This document shows, in pieces, positions 1 through 11,561 of a DNA stretch of 64,000 nt. Made by a program: the position numbers and the translations under genes. Location: positions 2,232,001 to 2,296,000 of the forward strand of contig NC_058383.1 in NCBI RefSeq assembly GCF_018350175.1, given 5' to 3'. The notes below the pieces were generated by a model that did no database searches, was not told the origin of the DNA, and saw only the letters and a program-made list of their open reading frames with translations. Numbering within the stretch: the first letter of the stretch is position 1; each line of letters starts with the position of its first letter. Source of the stretch: Felis catus (taxonomy: Eukaryota).

Positions 1-268
1 CGATGAGGCTTAAATTGCTATTTACGATCAAGACTTCAGTAGAAATCATCCTTCTTATGCACACGTGCAGACGTTTCTTGAAGGGCGATGCTCACCAGCC
101 CAGTGCTCACCAGCAGTGCTCACCGGCACCTTGCTCACCAGCACAGCGTTCAGTCACAGGACACGGCAACTCCGAAGGGCGATTTGGCAGCGGGTGTTAA
201 GGTGGAAACTGCACACACCCAAGGATCTAGAATTTCTACTTTCAATCAACTTTAATTTTAAAAAAGCC

Positions 269-451
269 GGGGCGCCGGGGTTGGCTCAGTCAGTGGAGCG
301 TCGGACTCTCGACATCCGCTCTGGTCGTGATTCCGAGGTCGTGGGATGGAGCCCGGGGTTGGGCTCTGTGCTCAGCACAGAGCCTGCTTGGGATTCTCTC
401 TCTCTGTCTCTCTCTCTCTGCTCCTCCCCCACTCACGCTCTCTCTCAAAAA
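269..451 (+). mobile_element. Can-SINE (SINEC, feliform type)
   Basis: tRNA-derived head GGGGCGCC.GGGTTGGCTCAGTC, (CT)n body, A-rich end. Confidence 0.9.
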
Positions 452-1044
452 GACCCAGAAAACCCGCAGCATCAGAACAGAAATGCAGAGCCCTTTCTCT
501 AAAAGTATGCATTATTTACAAAATTCTAAATCCTCAACCTTGCAGCCATTTCTGGACATAGCTGTACTCATTTATATTCTTAAAATTTTTTTTCTTCTGA
601 AAATGTTTCCATGTGGCATCATTCAAATTGTAATGGTTTCTCCTCAATGTTCCCCCCCAAATCGGGCAGCTATAAATTTCCTTGTGTAAAAGGCTTTGTA
701 TACTGGAGTTTTTCCCTGAGACACAGCCCGAAAGAGAGCAGTACCGGGCAAACGGAAAGCACAACTTCACGGCCATTCCTCTGCTCGGTCACGCCAACCT
801 AAAACACGGTGTCTCAGCTCTGAGCGTGCCCGGTGTTCTCAGTCCTGCTGACGCTGGTTTTGATCATTTGTGTTTACTCTGCTGGTTTAAGGCGTGAGGT
901 TTTACTCAGGGTAGCTTAAGACGTCTTTTCTCCAATATTAACTACCGGAGGAACAGTGGGGACCAAGGCATGGTACTTGTGGATTCACTATAAACCCAAC
1001 CTGGGCAAATCTCTCTCTCTTAAAAAAAAAAAAAAAAAAAAAAA

Positions 1045-1247
1045 TTTTTAATCTTTATTTATTTTTGAGAGAGAGACAGAGAGTGAGTGGGGAGGGGCAG
1101 AGAGAGAGGGAAACACAGAATCTGAAGCAGGATCCAGGCTCCGAGCTGTCAGCATAGAGCCCGACACGGGGCTCAAACCCACAAACTGCGAGATCATGAC
1201 CTGAGCCGAAGTCGGATGCTTAACCGACTGAGCCACCCTGGCGCACC
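1045..1247 (-). mobile_element. Can-SINE (SINEC_Fc-like)
   Basis: Reverse-complement SINE: TTTATTTATTTTTGAGAGAGAG ... TTAACCGACTGAGCCACCC.GGCGC.CC. Confidence 0.92.
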
Positions 1248-1297
1248 ATGGCCAAATCTCTTAAGCTCAGTTTCCTGAGTTTCAAAGTGGGGATCGA

Positions 1298-1510
1298 GGG
1301 GCACCTGGGCGGCTCCGTCGGTTAACCGTCTGACTTTGGTTCCGATCACGGTCTCGTGGTTCATGGGTTCCAGCCCTGTATTGGGGTCTCTGCTGTCAGC
1401 ACAGCGCCTGCTTTGGATCCTCTGTCTCCCTCTCTCTCTGCCCCTCTCCCGCTCACACTCTGTCTCGCCTTCTCTCAAAAATAAGTAAACGTTAAAAACA
1501 ATTTTTTTAA
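1298..1510 (+). mobile_element. Can-SINE (SINEC_Fc-like)
   Basis: GGGGCACCTGGGCGGCTCCGTCGGTTAA head, CT-rich body, AAAAATAAGTAAACGTT tail. Confidence 0.9.
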
Positions 1511-2415
1511 AATAGGGACTGAGTCCCTATCACAAAATCCAATGAGATCATGCTCAACTGTTCGCTGTCTAGGAGTTGCTATTAAGCTGAAAACGATTTT
1601 CTCGTGGAAACACTCCGATCTGTGCTCACGCCCTGAAAGTACTTCCTTCGTGCGTCCTGGGAACGGGGCCGGTGTTAACCGCCTATACGGAGCCGACTGC
1701 ACGCTTTCCGTACAGGTCCGCATGGATTCTGTGTTTCGCACTGGTCAGCGTCCTCCCTGCTGCCCCATCACGTTGACTCAGTTTCCCCTGTAGTCCCACG
1801 GGGCTTTGTTGCAAATGTTGCATCATCACACCCGAAAGTCACATCGTTAATGTTATTTGATTCCTTGGGCTCAGTGCTCTCAGAATTGGATCCCTTCCAG
1901 GTCCGTCTGCGTCTCACTTTCCTCGAGAAGTGTGCTTCCTTGACTCAGCAGGTTTCTTGTGGTCCTTTTCCTCCACCGCCGCAGCCCTCGTCACGGAATG
2001 GCGCCGGTGCCGTCACCTCGCTTCACTCGCCGTGCCGTGTGTTACGCGGCCCCGCGGCAGAGCCGGTGTGTGTGTTAAAGTGTTAAAGGCTTTATCCTAT
2101 CCCGCTTTGTTTCCTCAGCGTCTCTAGTTCAGCGTGGTGGTGGGGGACGTCACCACCGCGACCGCTGTCCTCTGCTGTGCACCTTCTGCCCTGCGCGGCC
2201 TGCTCCGTCTCCCCTCACACCCCCAGCAGCGCCCGCAGCGTCTTGTCGTGAGCTCGCCGGCTCCGCGGACGGTGCTTTAGGGGCTCCTGGGCCCTGGCTC
2301 CCTGTCACCCCTCTTGCACGACTGCATTAGAGGAAAGGCGTCCCTCAACTCTGGGCCGTTTTGAGATTCAGACTTCAGCGGGAAGGTTACCGGTCCTGCT
2401 GGAGTCGGTACTCAC

Positions 2416-2466
2416 CCAGCCAGCATCGGGCCTTTTCTCTGCCAGAGTCCGAACAAAATCCGGGTC
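2416..2466 (-). CDS. IQCE: IQ domain-containing protein E, coding exon 8 (DPDFVRTLAEKRPDAGW); later exons lie beyond the left edge of the window
   Basis: gcag|GAC ... TGG|gtgag; 51 nt, phase 0-0; matches human GTDFVRTLAEKRPDASW (recalled). Confidence 0.93.
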
Positions 2467-2590
2467 CTGCGGCAAGCAGACGGAGAGATGAAGACACCGG
2501 CGGGCGGCCTCTCCCCCCTGCAGCCCGAAGAGCGGGGCCTGCGCCTTCCCTGCCGCGGCCGGGCGCCACCGCTGCGGGGCCGCGACTCAC

Positions 2591-2704
2591 TCGGGACGGG
2601 TCCAGGAGCTGCTGTATCTGCCGGTCCTTCCTGCTGTTTTCCTCCTCCAGGCGCCGCAGCCTTGTTCTCATGAGGTCCACGTCACTTTTCTGCACGTGCA
2701 GGGA
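2591..2704 (-). CDS. IQCE: IQCE coding exon 7 (SLHVQKSDVDLMRTRLRRLEEENSRKDRQIQQLLDPSR), coiled coil
   Basis: ctcag|TCC ... CGA|gtgagt; 114 nt; near-identical to the human IQCE segment. Confidence 0.96.
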
Positions 2705-2721
2705 CTGAGAGGAGACAGAAC

Positions 2722-2740
2722 CACACACACACACACACAC
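2722..2740. repeat. (CA)9 microsatellite next to the IQCE exon 7 acceptor
   Basis: Direct reading. Confidence 0.9.
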
Positions 2741-4149
2741 TCGTGCACACGCGCACCCCAACACCCAGGCGAAACACAAGTCGGAGCAGAACTCGCGAGG
2801 TGGCCCGGTTCCCGGTCAGGGCGCGTGCGTGGCGCCGGCGGGAAGGAGGCACCTGGTGCCTGGGAGCCAGGGGGGAGGCCGTCGGGTGCAGGACCACCCG
2901 ACGTGAGGAGGAACGCCCCCTCCCTAAAGGCACCCCACGCAGGCACGCCGCTCTCTCCCACGCCCACCTGAGGGAGCCCACACGTGTCACAGCACGTGTC
3001 ACCAAAACTCATCCGAGGCTGACGTCCACTTAAAACTCTTGACCTCAGCTGGGGCTTGGGGGGGGGGGGTCAGAGTGGGGGCCCCTGCCAGTTGTTACCA
3101 GTCTGCGGTGAACGGAGGGAAAAAGCCTGAGCCGCTGATTTTTCACGGGACTAAAGTGATTCAATTCCACAACCGCCCTCTTTAGAAAACTCTCCTCCCT
3201 CCTAATTGGGCTTCCGTCGTCCTTTTAGGAAATGGTGATGGTAGGGGATTTTTCATTTTTGTTTTCCATGTCCTCACTTGAAAAGGCCTTCTCCCAGGGC
3301 GTGAAACCGCGAGGCCTGGAGAACACGAGGTTCAGACGTGTCCACAGCCCGCACGGGGACAGCCAGGGCACTCAACCAGCTTCCGGCATCAGCCTGCATC
3401 CGAACTAGCCAGTTAACCCGGAAACACCCTTCTCCTTCCAGGACTCATGAGGCGTAGAAGAGAGACAGTGCCCGAACGAACCCAGCCCCCACCCCTGGCA
3501 AGCGGACTCCCAGTGTGCACTGCAGAGAGAGAGGCCGGACAGGTCAGCTGCAGGCCTCCCGCTGGCCGGACCGCCATAGCGCTGCAAGAGACGAGGGGAC
3601 CCTGGCACTCGGTGAGTGTTTAACGAATAGGTCAGTTCGTGCACAGCCATTGGGAAGGAGAAGAAATCTAATAATGGGAATTCTGCTTCCGGAAACGGGG
3701 TACACTCAGTGTTCCCTACTCCTGCAGCCGTGGACACTGTATGCAAGACAGATGTAAGAAGGCTCAGAAGGGTGGACAGAAGACAGACTAGGCTGGGGCT
3801 CAGGACCCAAGCAGGGACTGCAGAGCCCCCCGGTTTTCCTGCTGCCTCACGTGTCCTAGACGGGAGTGCTGGGGAAGCCAACAGCCTGGACAAGCCCACA
3901 GGCACAGACAGGAAAGGGGCACTGGCCAGGCAGAGAAGGCACGGGTGATAACCGCTCCACCCTCAGGCAAACACAGCAGAACCAGCGGGCCTCACCCCTG
4001 CCAGCGAAGGCTGAGCCGGGAGCCAAGCCCCCCACCCCTGCCAGGCTGTAGTGAGGCACGCTGCCTCCTTGCGGGGGGGGGGAGGCGAGGGGTGGTCAGA
4101 GGAGGCCTGCTAGAGCATCAGGACTCTCACTCTCCAGGGGTCATGAGGC

Positions 4150-4500
4150 CACATACACAAAATAAAGTGCAAGACTTAAATCCTAACCTACCAAAAAGTA
4201 CATTAAATATAAATGACCCAAACCAACCAACTAGGAAGACAGGAAGTGGCAACGTAGATTAAAAAACACGCCCAACCACATGTTGTCTATAAGAACCTCA
4301 TTTTAACATAATGTGAAAGGAGGTCGAAAGTAAAAGGATGGAAAGAGAGATGCCAGCGAAGCATTAACCAACAAAGGCAGGAGCGGCCACGTTAGCATCA
4401 GACAAAGCAGAATTCGGAGAACAGAAACGACACGGCGACTCTACAGGCCAATCCACAGACGAGACAAGAGACCATAAATGCGCCCTCGTCAACAAAAGAG
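4150..4500 (+). mobile_element. Old L1 (L1M-type) fragment, ORF2 endonuclease region
   Basis: Degenerate L1 EN-like sequence (cattaaatataaatg..., aaaggatggaaagagag..., tcagacaaagcagaattc). Confidence 0.65.
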
Positions 4501-6090
4501 GGAACACGGGTGACTAAAGAGGAGGCAGAGCTCCCCCCACAGTGTCACATACTGCATCGGTCCACGCAGAGAACATTGCCAGGATGCCAGAATTACAGAG
4601 CTGGGGAGAAAAGCCAGTGGCCGCCAGGAGTCAGGGATGGGGAATGGGGTGGGAGGCAGGTGTGACCACAAAGGGGCAGCTGGAGGGACAGCATGCCCGG
4701 TGGCGTGGGGCAGCGTGCGCGCAGGGACACGGGTGCACACACGCGGCAACACGGCACGGAACCGGACACGTGCACCAAGTCCACGTCTGCGGCCTGGTTT
4801 TGACACTGCGTTGACTGCTGGGGGAGACGGGTGCGGGGGGGCCCCTGTGCCATCCCCGCCACTCCCTGGGATGTGCTGCACCCGTGGCCTCTTGCGGGGT
4901 GCCGGCCGTGGCACAGAGTACTCCCTGGGGCCCTGTGCTGATGGGCACACCCGTGTCGCGACTGTGAAACCGTTCCTGTATTATCCCCATTTTTCAACAG
5001 GAAACTGAGGCACCACTTGCCACAGAAAAACAACTCTGAAGCTCAGAGTCCTGGAAGTGAAATTCTCCTCCCCCTGCGTTTAGAAGCCTAGACTGATTTT
5101 TCCCATACGTCCGTGATGGGAAGTTTGAATAAAGTCAGTATCATTTTACCCAGAGACCACTTCCAGCTCCAGAAGATTCCTTTCAAGACTGCTACTGCAG
5201 TGATTATTCAGAGTTCCAAATGAGGGCTCTCCCCACAATAACTCTGACACACAGCTGTCCTCAGGACAGGGAGTGCGATGCTCCAGCAGCACCTTCACTG
5301 CTGGGCAGCTCCCATGGGGGAGCAATCTCTGGACGGCCCCTGACATCGGAGCATCTTGTCTGGGCCGCCACAGAAGGGCTGCGTCTCATGCACGGGGGCC
5401 CAGACCGGGGGCTCCTCGGGTAAGATGGCTCGAAGACTCCTCGCCGTGGCCGTGCCCCTGGGCGTGCTGGCTGCCCACGCCCCACCTAACCTCTGGTGCC
5501 CAGATGGGCCATGGCCCTCCAGATGCGGAGGAAGTGAACCCTGGCCGCTTCTCCAGGGTCACAAGTATGCACGTGGATGCTAAGAGCGGTGTGGCAGCAG
5601 TGGTTCCGTCGAAGGCGATGAGGGTGGCGATAATTTATTCCAGCGCCATTTACACCATAAGGAGTAGGAGGTGGCACGGGGCAACAAAAAGAGCCTTGGC
5701 CTTGGGAGGCAGGTGGCCTTGGGGGAAGTCCTCATTCTGCTACTGGTTGACCTGGTCTGAATCTCGAGGTCATCACCGGCTAAGAGCCGTAAGCTCCCTC
5801 AGACTCCCGTAGAGACCCACTGAGCTAGGGAGCGTGGACTGTCTGGTTACCACCGAAGAGTCCACACGTGGAAGGCTACTGGTAACAATGACGCCAGTGG
5901 CCTCATCTGATGCCAGATCTCTGTGCAGAGGGACTGTGATGTCAACCCCGTCTTTCCCATTTTCCGTGCCGTGCTGCTGGAGCAGAGCACACATGGAATC
6001 TCAACAGTGGAGGCCTCTCCTGCAGCAGGCTCAGGTGGGTCTCCCAGCTTCCAAGGCACGGGGCCAGGGTTTAAACTCAGGTGCTCCTCG

Positions 6091-6300
6091 AGGCGCCTGG
6101 GGGCTCAGTAGGTTAAGCGTGCAACTCTTGATTTTAGCTCACGTGACGATCTTGAGGTTTATGAGTTTGAGCCCCAAGTCGGGCTCCCGTGCTGACGGTG
6201 CGGAGCCTGCTTGGGATTCTCTCTCCCTCTCTCTGTCCCTCCCCCATCGCACGTGCGCATGTTCTCTCTCTAAAAGTAAATAAACTTAAAACAAAACAAA
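6091..6300 (+). mobile_element. Can-SINE
   Basis: GGCGCCTGGGGGCTCAGTAGGTTAAGCG head, CT body, AATAAA/A-rich tail. Confidence 0.9.
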
Positions 6301-6431
6301 ACTCGGGCGTCCCTGCAAAGCTCACGTTCTTTCCATATGGACACATCTCGGCACTGATCCTGACTTTCCCACCCGTGGTTACGGAAGGCTCTTGTGGTCT
6401 AAAACCAACAAAGGACAGACAGAAATACTAC

Positions 6432-6502
6432 CTTCTTCAGCTCAATGATCTCGTCGTACATGTCTTCCTTCTCTCTGTAGACAGGGGTCCCGGGAGCGTG
6501 AC
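6432..6502 (-). CDS. IQCE: IQCE coding exon 6 (GHAPGTPVYREKEDMYDEIIELKK)
   Basis: ctctag|GT CAC ... AAG|gtagta; 71 nt; matches human GHVPGTPVYREKEDMYDEIIELKK. Confidence 0.96.
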
Positions 6503-7357
6503 CTAGAGGGGGACACGCAAACGTCTGAAAAGATTATCTGAAGAGTAGACGGAATTCTTGGCTGTATCTTAAGAAAATCCCGGACGTTTGATAAAAAAGA
6601 AGACCAAAGCATTTCACCGGTTCAGCTGGACCGTGATCATTCCCGGAACATAAGGAAACCAACACCGACAGTGAGTAGAAGGGTGAAGCAGGAGAGAACG
6701 GAAAGGTGTGAACACAGGGCTTGGCTGCAGGAAAAGGAAAGAAGGGGGACAGAAGGAGAAGTGATACGTTTAGATTCTAAATCGCAAACAGAACAAAAAG
6801 ACAAAGACAGACAAACAGCAGCCCTTCCAGCGCTGACAGAGGGAGGCAGAGAAGCAGACTCGGGTCTCCGAAATGCACCTGATAGACCGAGACTCTACAA
6901 CATTTAAGCCCAAAGTAGAACTCGGAGCCAGCAGGAAGGGGTCGGCAGGGGGTCAGGGTGACAGGGGCTCACCACGATCCCTGTGGAGGCCCACGAGAAT
7001 AGCCGTGAGAGCCGGGGAGGAGACATGGGGAGAGACCAGACAGAAGGACGGAGACAGGATAACAGACCCAGGCTTTCTGGTGAGATTTGGGGTTTTCACT
7101 ATGTGCAACTGTTATTTCTAGTACTGTCCATCCAATAAATCTCAGCAAGCCTCCGAGTTACAGGGGCAGGCCCGACTGGAGCCTGGGGACACGTCACTGT
7201 CACGTTAGGAGGGCAGAGCGGACTTTAGGGGTCCTCGTCCTCTCTCCACGATCTCGTAGGGACACAGCCAATACAGGAAGCCCAAAATCTCACTTTGTCA
7301 AAGGACAAATCCCGAGCTTTCCCTTACTTGTGGCCTCGTCACCGTCAACATGCTCAC

Positions 7358-7491
7358 CATTGCTGGCAGAACGCCTGAGATTGGACCTCTTCACTCTTAA
7401 GGCTGCTCTCAGATAGTCGGGAGTAGTGCTGGGGGGCTGGCCCATGCCTGCTCCAAGGTCAGGTCTGACTTCAGGGGCTGGGTCAGACTTC
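7358..7491 (-). CDS. IQCE: IQCE coding exon 5, with an apparent 1-nt frameshift at the G6 run 7431-7436 (GSLTQPLKSDLTLEQAWASP / STTPDYLRAALRVKRSNLRRSASN)
   Basis: aaccag|GA AGT ... AAT G|gtgagc; 134 nt although the flanking phases (1-1) need a multiple of 3; the two halves match human IQCE in different frames. Confidence 0.9.
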
Positions 7492-7619
7492 CTGGTTTGA
7501 ACGTGCATGGATTTAATATGACAGGTACAGACAAACACAACGGAAGGTTTTGCCTCTACTGATCAATGCTCATGGGCTGAAGAAAGCTTAAGACAACCAG
7601 CAGACGGTGGCAATCAGTG

Positions 7620-7810
7620 AGATGCTGATAACATTTTTTGGCTCTCAAAAAATAAAGCCCAGATCCGGAGCATTTGTCTATTTCCACGGTATTAATAGTC
7701 CTATGATGTCCAATTTCAGGCGGCCAGCGTGACATCGACCGGCTCACCAAATTCTTAAAAATTTAACAACTGGCTCTTGCGAGTGCGTAGGAGCTGGGCC
7801 AGCAGTGCTG
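7620..7810 (-). mobile_element. Degenerate hAT-type DNA transposon relic (MER63-like)
   Basis: End resembles recalled MER63 terminus (aaaatttaacaactggctcttgcgag...ccagca.tgctgg); not database-verified. Confidence 0.45.
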
Positions 7811-7959
7811 GGACGTCACAAGACTCCAGGGATAGCGTGTCACACCCGCAAACCGTCAGAAACCACACTTACGTGTGCCGTAAAGATTATGAGGCTCAAC
7901 GTCTTTGAGAAGTTGAAAAGCAACGTCATGCAAATAAGTCCTATTACGAACTCGATCTT

Positions 7960-8175
7960 TTAAAAAAAATTTTTTTTAACGTTTATTTTACTTTTGAGAC
8001 AGAGACAGAGCATGAACGGGGGAGGGTCAGAGAGAGGGAGACACAGAATCGGAAGTAGGCTCCAGGCTCTGAGCCGTCAGCCCAGAGCCCGACGCGGGGC
8101 TCGAACTCACGGACCTGGAGATCGTGACCTGGGCTGAAGTCGGACGCTTAACCGACTGAGCCACCCAGGCGCCCC
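7960..8175 (-). mobile_element. Can-SINE (SINEC_Fc) with target-site duplication
   Basis: Full-length SINE; TSD acgaact(c/t)gatctt at 7946-7959 and 8176-8189. Confidence 0.95.
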
Positions 8176-8268
8176 ACGAACTTGATCTTAAATCACCACC
8201 CGCCACTCGTCAAACCCTCCTCTGGAGCGGGAAGGGCCTCTCTGTCGGACCAACCACGTACCGCGTAC

Positions 8269-8394
8269 CTGGCTTCGAGCTTCCCAGCCACAGCTGTGGG
8301 GTTAAGGACATTCTGTTACCAAGAGGCATGCTTGCTGCCGTCCTCAGAGACCTCCAGGATGCCACTTTCCTCGGTTTAGAGTGATAAGGTGACT
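8269..8394 (-). CDS. IQCE: IQCE coding exon 4 (KSPYHSKPRKVASWRSLRTAASMPLGNRMSLTPQLWLGSSKP)
   Basis: ttttag|AG TCA ... CCA G|gtacgc; 126 nt; matches human KSPYLSKPRKVASWRSLRTAGSMPLGGRASLTPQKLWLGTAKP with one codon fewer. Confidence 0.95.
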
Positions 8395-8564
8395 CTAAAA
8401 AGCCAACATATGGTTTCAGAGGGGCAAGGTATCGATGCCTCTCAACATTTGTGCTTTAGTGACACAAAAATGGTACCAGAACACTCATAAGAATATTCTG
8501 ACAAAAGTAAAAAACACACAGCATATGGTTATATGCTACATATTATATAGCTATATCACATAGT

Positions 8565-8591
8565 TATATATATATATATATATATATATAT
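8565..8591. repeat. (TA)n microsatellite
   Basis: Direct reading. Confidence 0.9.
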
Positions 8592-10065
8592 GGAGTGTGT
8601 ACATACTTCTGTTTGTTTTTGCGATTTTATTGTAAAGACATAACATAAAAGGAAATTTATCTAAAAATCCAGTCATAATTCTACCAGTATTTGATGTTCC
8701 CAGATACAGGTGTATTATAGTCACAGAACAGTGAACACACAATTTTGTCCTTTGCACTTAACGGTATAAATATTTTTCACTTTGCTACCTAGGGACACAA
8801 GTAACACTATCTAGAACTTACTATGTAAAACAAAAAATGTAGAAGAAATGAGAAAAAATTACCTTTCTGGGCATTTCTGATTATGTTATTCATACAAGGG
8901 AAACATGTTAAAGTTACTTTTTAATCTGGGATTTCATCTCTTTAATTACGTAAAATCGGACACATTTATGCAATAACTCAGTTGTTCATAAACCATGTTT
9001 ACAAGTAGCAAAGAAATTCCTGTCTATGGTAAGTCCTGAAAAACCTAAAAAAAATCTCTACGTTTTCTCCACGGCTTCAAAATTTAGGGGAGATTTCTCA
9101 TTATAATTTGCGACGAGAGAACAGACTCGTTAGACCTGGACGCATTTTCCCTCAGCGGGACCACGGCGCCCCGGCTTGGGGGCGTGCTTGAAGGCCTCCC
9201 AAACCCTGTCCATTTAAGTGCTCACTTATAAAGTAAGCTGGCCATCAGGGGCAAGCTCCACCAGTAACATTTCCCTCCCTGGCCCACGTGAGCTATCAGC
9301 GACCGGTAAGGATCCCTCAGGAAACACGCACGCACGTGGACAAAAGTGGGAAGGCAGAAGGAAACAGGAGTCGGGAGATACGAGATACTTGGGCGAGCGG
9401 GGCTGTGAGCAGCAGAGCCCTGGGCCCCGGGATCCAGTCGGGCCTTAAAGAACAACACTGGCTGAGCGAACGAACGGGACACGTGGTTGCCGCTGTCCCG
9501 GCCCAGGAAACCAGAGAGAAGCACACCTGCTGGGCTGGTGTCCCAAAGGCCGCTACAGGAGTGGGCATCTGAGCGGAGATGGCTCACCCGGTGTGAGAGG
9601 GCTGAGCCAGCCCGGGGAAGGGGGCGCCGGGGTGCTGGGGAGAGGACCCTGAAGGTCGGGGGGGTGGAAAAAGGCTCTGAGGACCAGGGCTGGGCCATAC
9701 GGGACTCCCAGCGTGGGCTGCGGGGAGAAAGCACGGGGGAAAGCAGGGGGCTGAAGTTCAGCACCCCCCAACTTCTAGATACTTCTGGGGCTTTCACCGT
9801 TCTAAGTTATGTGAAGCACGACTCTGACGTTTACAGAAATCAAGATACAAACAATTGGACGATTACTATTTGAAACACTTGAAACGCTGATATTCAGTGA
9901 AAACAATTAAAGATGTTCTAATATTTACCTTGTAACCGAAGAGAACTTAAAACAAAATGGTTCTGAAACAAGAAGGTTTAAAACACACACACCCGCCCTT
10001 CACATCAATTCTCAATTCCTCCATGGAAGGAGAGGAAGGACATCAAAAACCCAAACTGATAGATT

Positions 10066-10266
10066 CTTTCTTCCTTTTTCATTTTTTGGAGAGAGTGCGC
10101 GAGCACGGAGGGCAGGGAGGTCCAGGGAGAGGGAGAGGGAGAGGGCGAGGGAGAATCCCAAGCAGGCTCCACGCTGATAGCGGGGCTTGCTCCCACAAAC
10201 TGAGATCATGACCTGAGCCAAAATCGAGAGTTGCACGCTCAACCAGCTGAGCCACCCAGGCACCCC
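10066..10266 (-). mobile_element. Can-SINE
   Basis: Reverse SINE ending ...CTGAGCCACCCAGGCACCCC. Confidence 0.9.
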
Positions 10267-10619
10267 AACAGATGACTTCTTTCTAACGTTTATATTTATC
10301 CGTAATACAAAACATGGTTTCTTTTCTGGGCAGGAATTTATCTAATTATGTTCTTCTTGGGCTAATGAAAGTCCAGTCGTGTTCTCTGAGTGCGTCACAT
10401 ACACACAGGAGACGCTTGAAATACACTCGTATAGAAGAAACGTAGATACACGCATACGGAGGTCAGAGACGGCCACGGGCTTTTGGGTAATGAAAGGAAG
10501 CCCATCCGGGATTTAAGCTCTGTCGGAAAGGCGTTCCTAAGCATCAAATTCACACGTGGTTCTCGTGCACTAGAGCAGTGTCGGAACGGCCCAGACGAAG
10601 AGAGGCCTGGCTGGCCGTC

Positions 10620-10910
10620 TGGACTGAAACCCCACCTGCCACGACTGAACGCTTGTGCCCCCCAGTCGTATGCCGAACGCTAACGCGAACCCTAACGTGA
10701 TGGTGTCGGGGTGAGGCCTGGGGGAGATGATTAGGTCATGATTAGGTCCCAGAGCTCCCTCACCCCTTCCCCCACGTGAGGTACAACCAGGCCGCGGCCG
10801 CCCACAACCTGGAAGACGCCTCATCACAACCACCGTGCTGACGCCCACCCGAGTCTTGGACTTGGGCCTCCAGGACTGTCAGAAGTAAATGGCTGTTATT
10901 CAGAAGTTGC
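10620..10910 (+). mobile_element. MaLR LTR relic (MLT1A-like)
   Basis: Motifs ccctaacgtgatggtgt...gattaggtcatga ... tcttggactt..cctccaggactgt.aga.gtaaat typical of MLT1. Confidence 0.6.
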
Positions 10911-11281
10911 CCGGCCTTCCGCCAGCTGTCGGGGCAGAGCAACACCCATCCCCGCAACACTGTCCCTAGCAGGCAGCCACCCGCATGACCACGGCCAAGG
11001 ATGGTGTCTCCCCGCAGGGGATGGGGAACACAGAACCTGCCCTCAGATGCAGCAGGGCAAGCCCACCGGAAAACCACTACACCTGCTCAGCACGGCGTCC
11101 ACAGCAGCTCTGACTCAATCCCGAGGGGATGAGGCCTTCTGGCCGAGGCAGCGTTCGGAAGACACAAGCGGGTTCAGAGGGCGGGGAAAGAACCCAAGAG
11201 GCCAGAGCACTGCGTCTGCAGGAGGCTCCTGGGACAGCGGCCCCTGGGAGCTTCAGCCCCCTGCTGGGCCTCCTCCCACGG

Positions 11282-11561
11282 GGGCCATGGGGGAAGGCAG
11301 GGACCCCAAGAGTACCGGATCCCAAGACCCCACCACAAGGGCCACGGGGGAAGGCGGGGACCCCGAGAGTGCCGGCTGCTGAGACCCCAACACGAGGGCC
11401 ACGGGGGATGGCGGGGACCCCAGAGTACCAGCTCCCGAGACCCCACCACAAGGGCCACAGGGAAGGTGGAGGCCCCAGAGTGCCGGCTCCCGAGACCCCA
11501 CCACAAGGGCCACAGGGAAGGCGGGGACCCCGAGAGTGCCAACTCCCGAGACCCCAACACA
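11282..11561. repeat. GC-rich minisatellite, ~56-bp unit x ~5
   Basis: gggcca recurs at 11282, 11339, 11396, 11452 and 11507; unit ~gggccacgggggaaggcggggaccccgagagtgccggctcccgagaccccaccacaa. Confidence 0.9.

Noticed and set aside
89..146. Four TGCTCACC(A/G)GC repeats
   Set aside because: Very short degenerate tandem repeat with no supporting context
11282..11561. Regularly spaced repeats resembling a CRISPR array
   Set aside because: Contiguous tandem units without unique spacers, in a mammalian intron, with no cas genes
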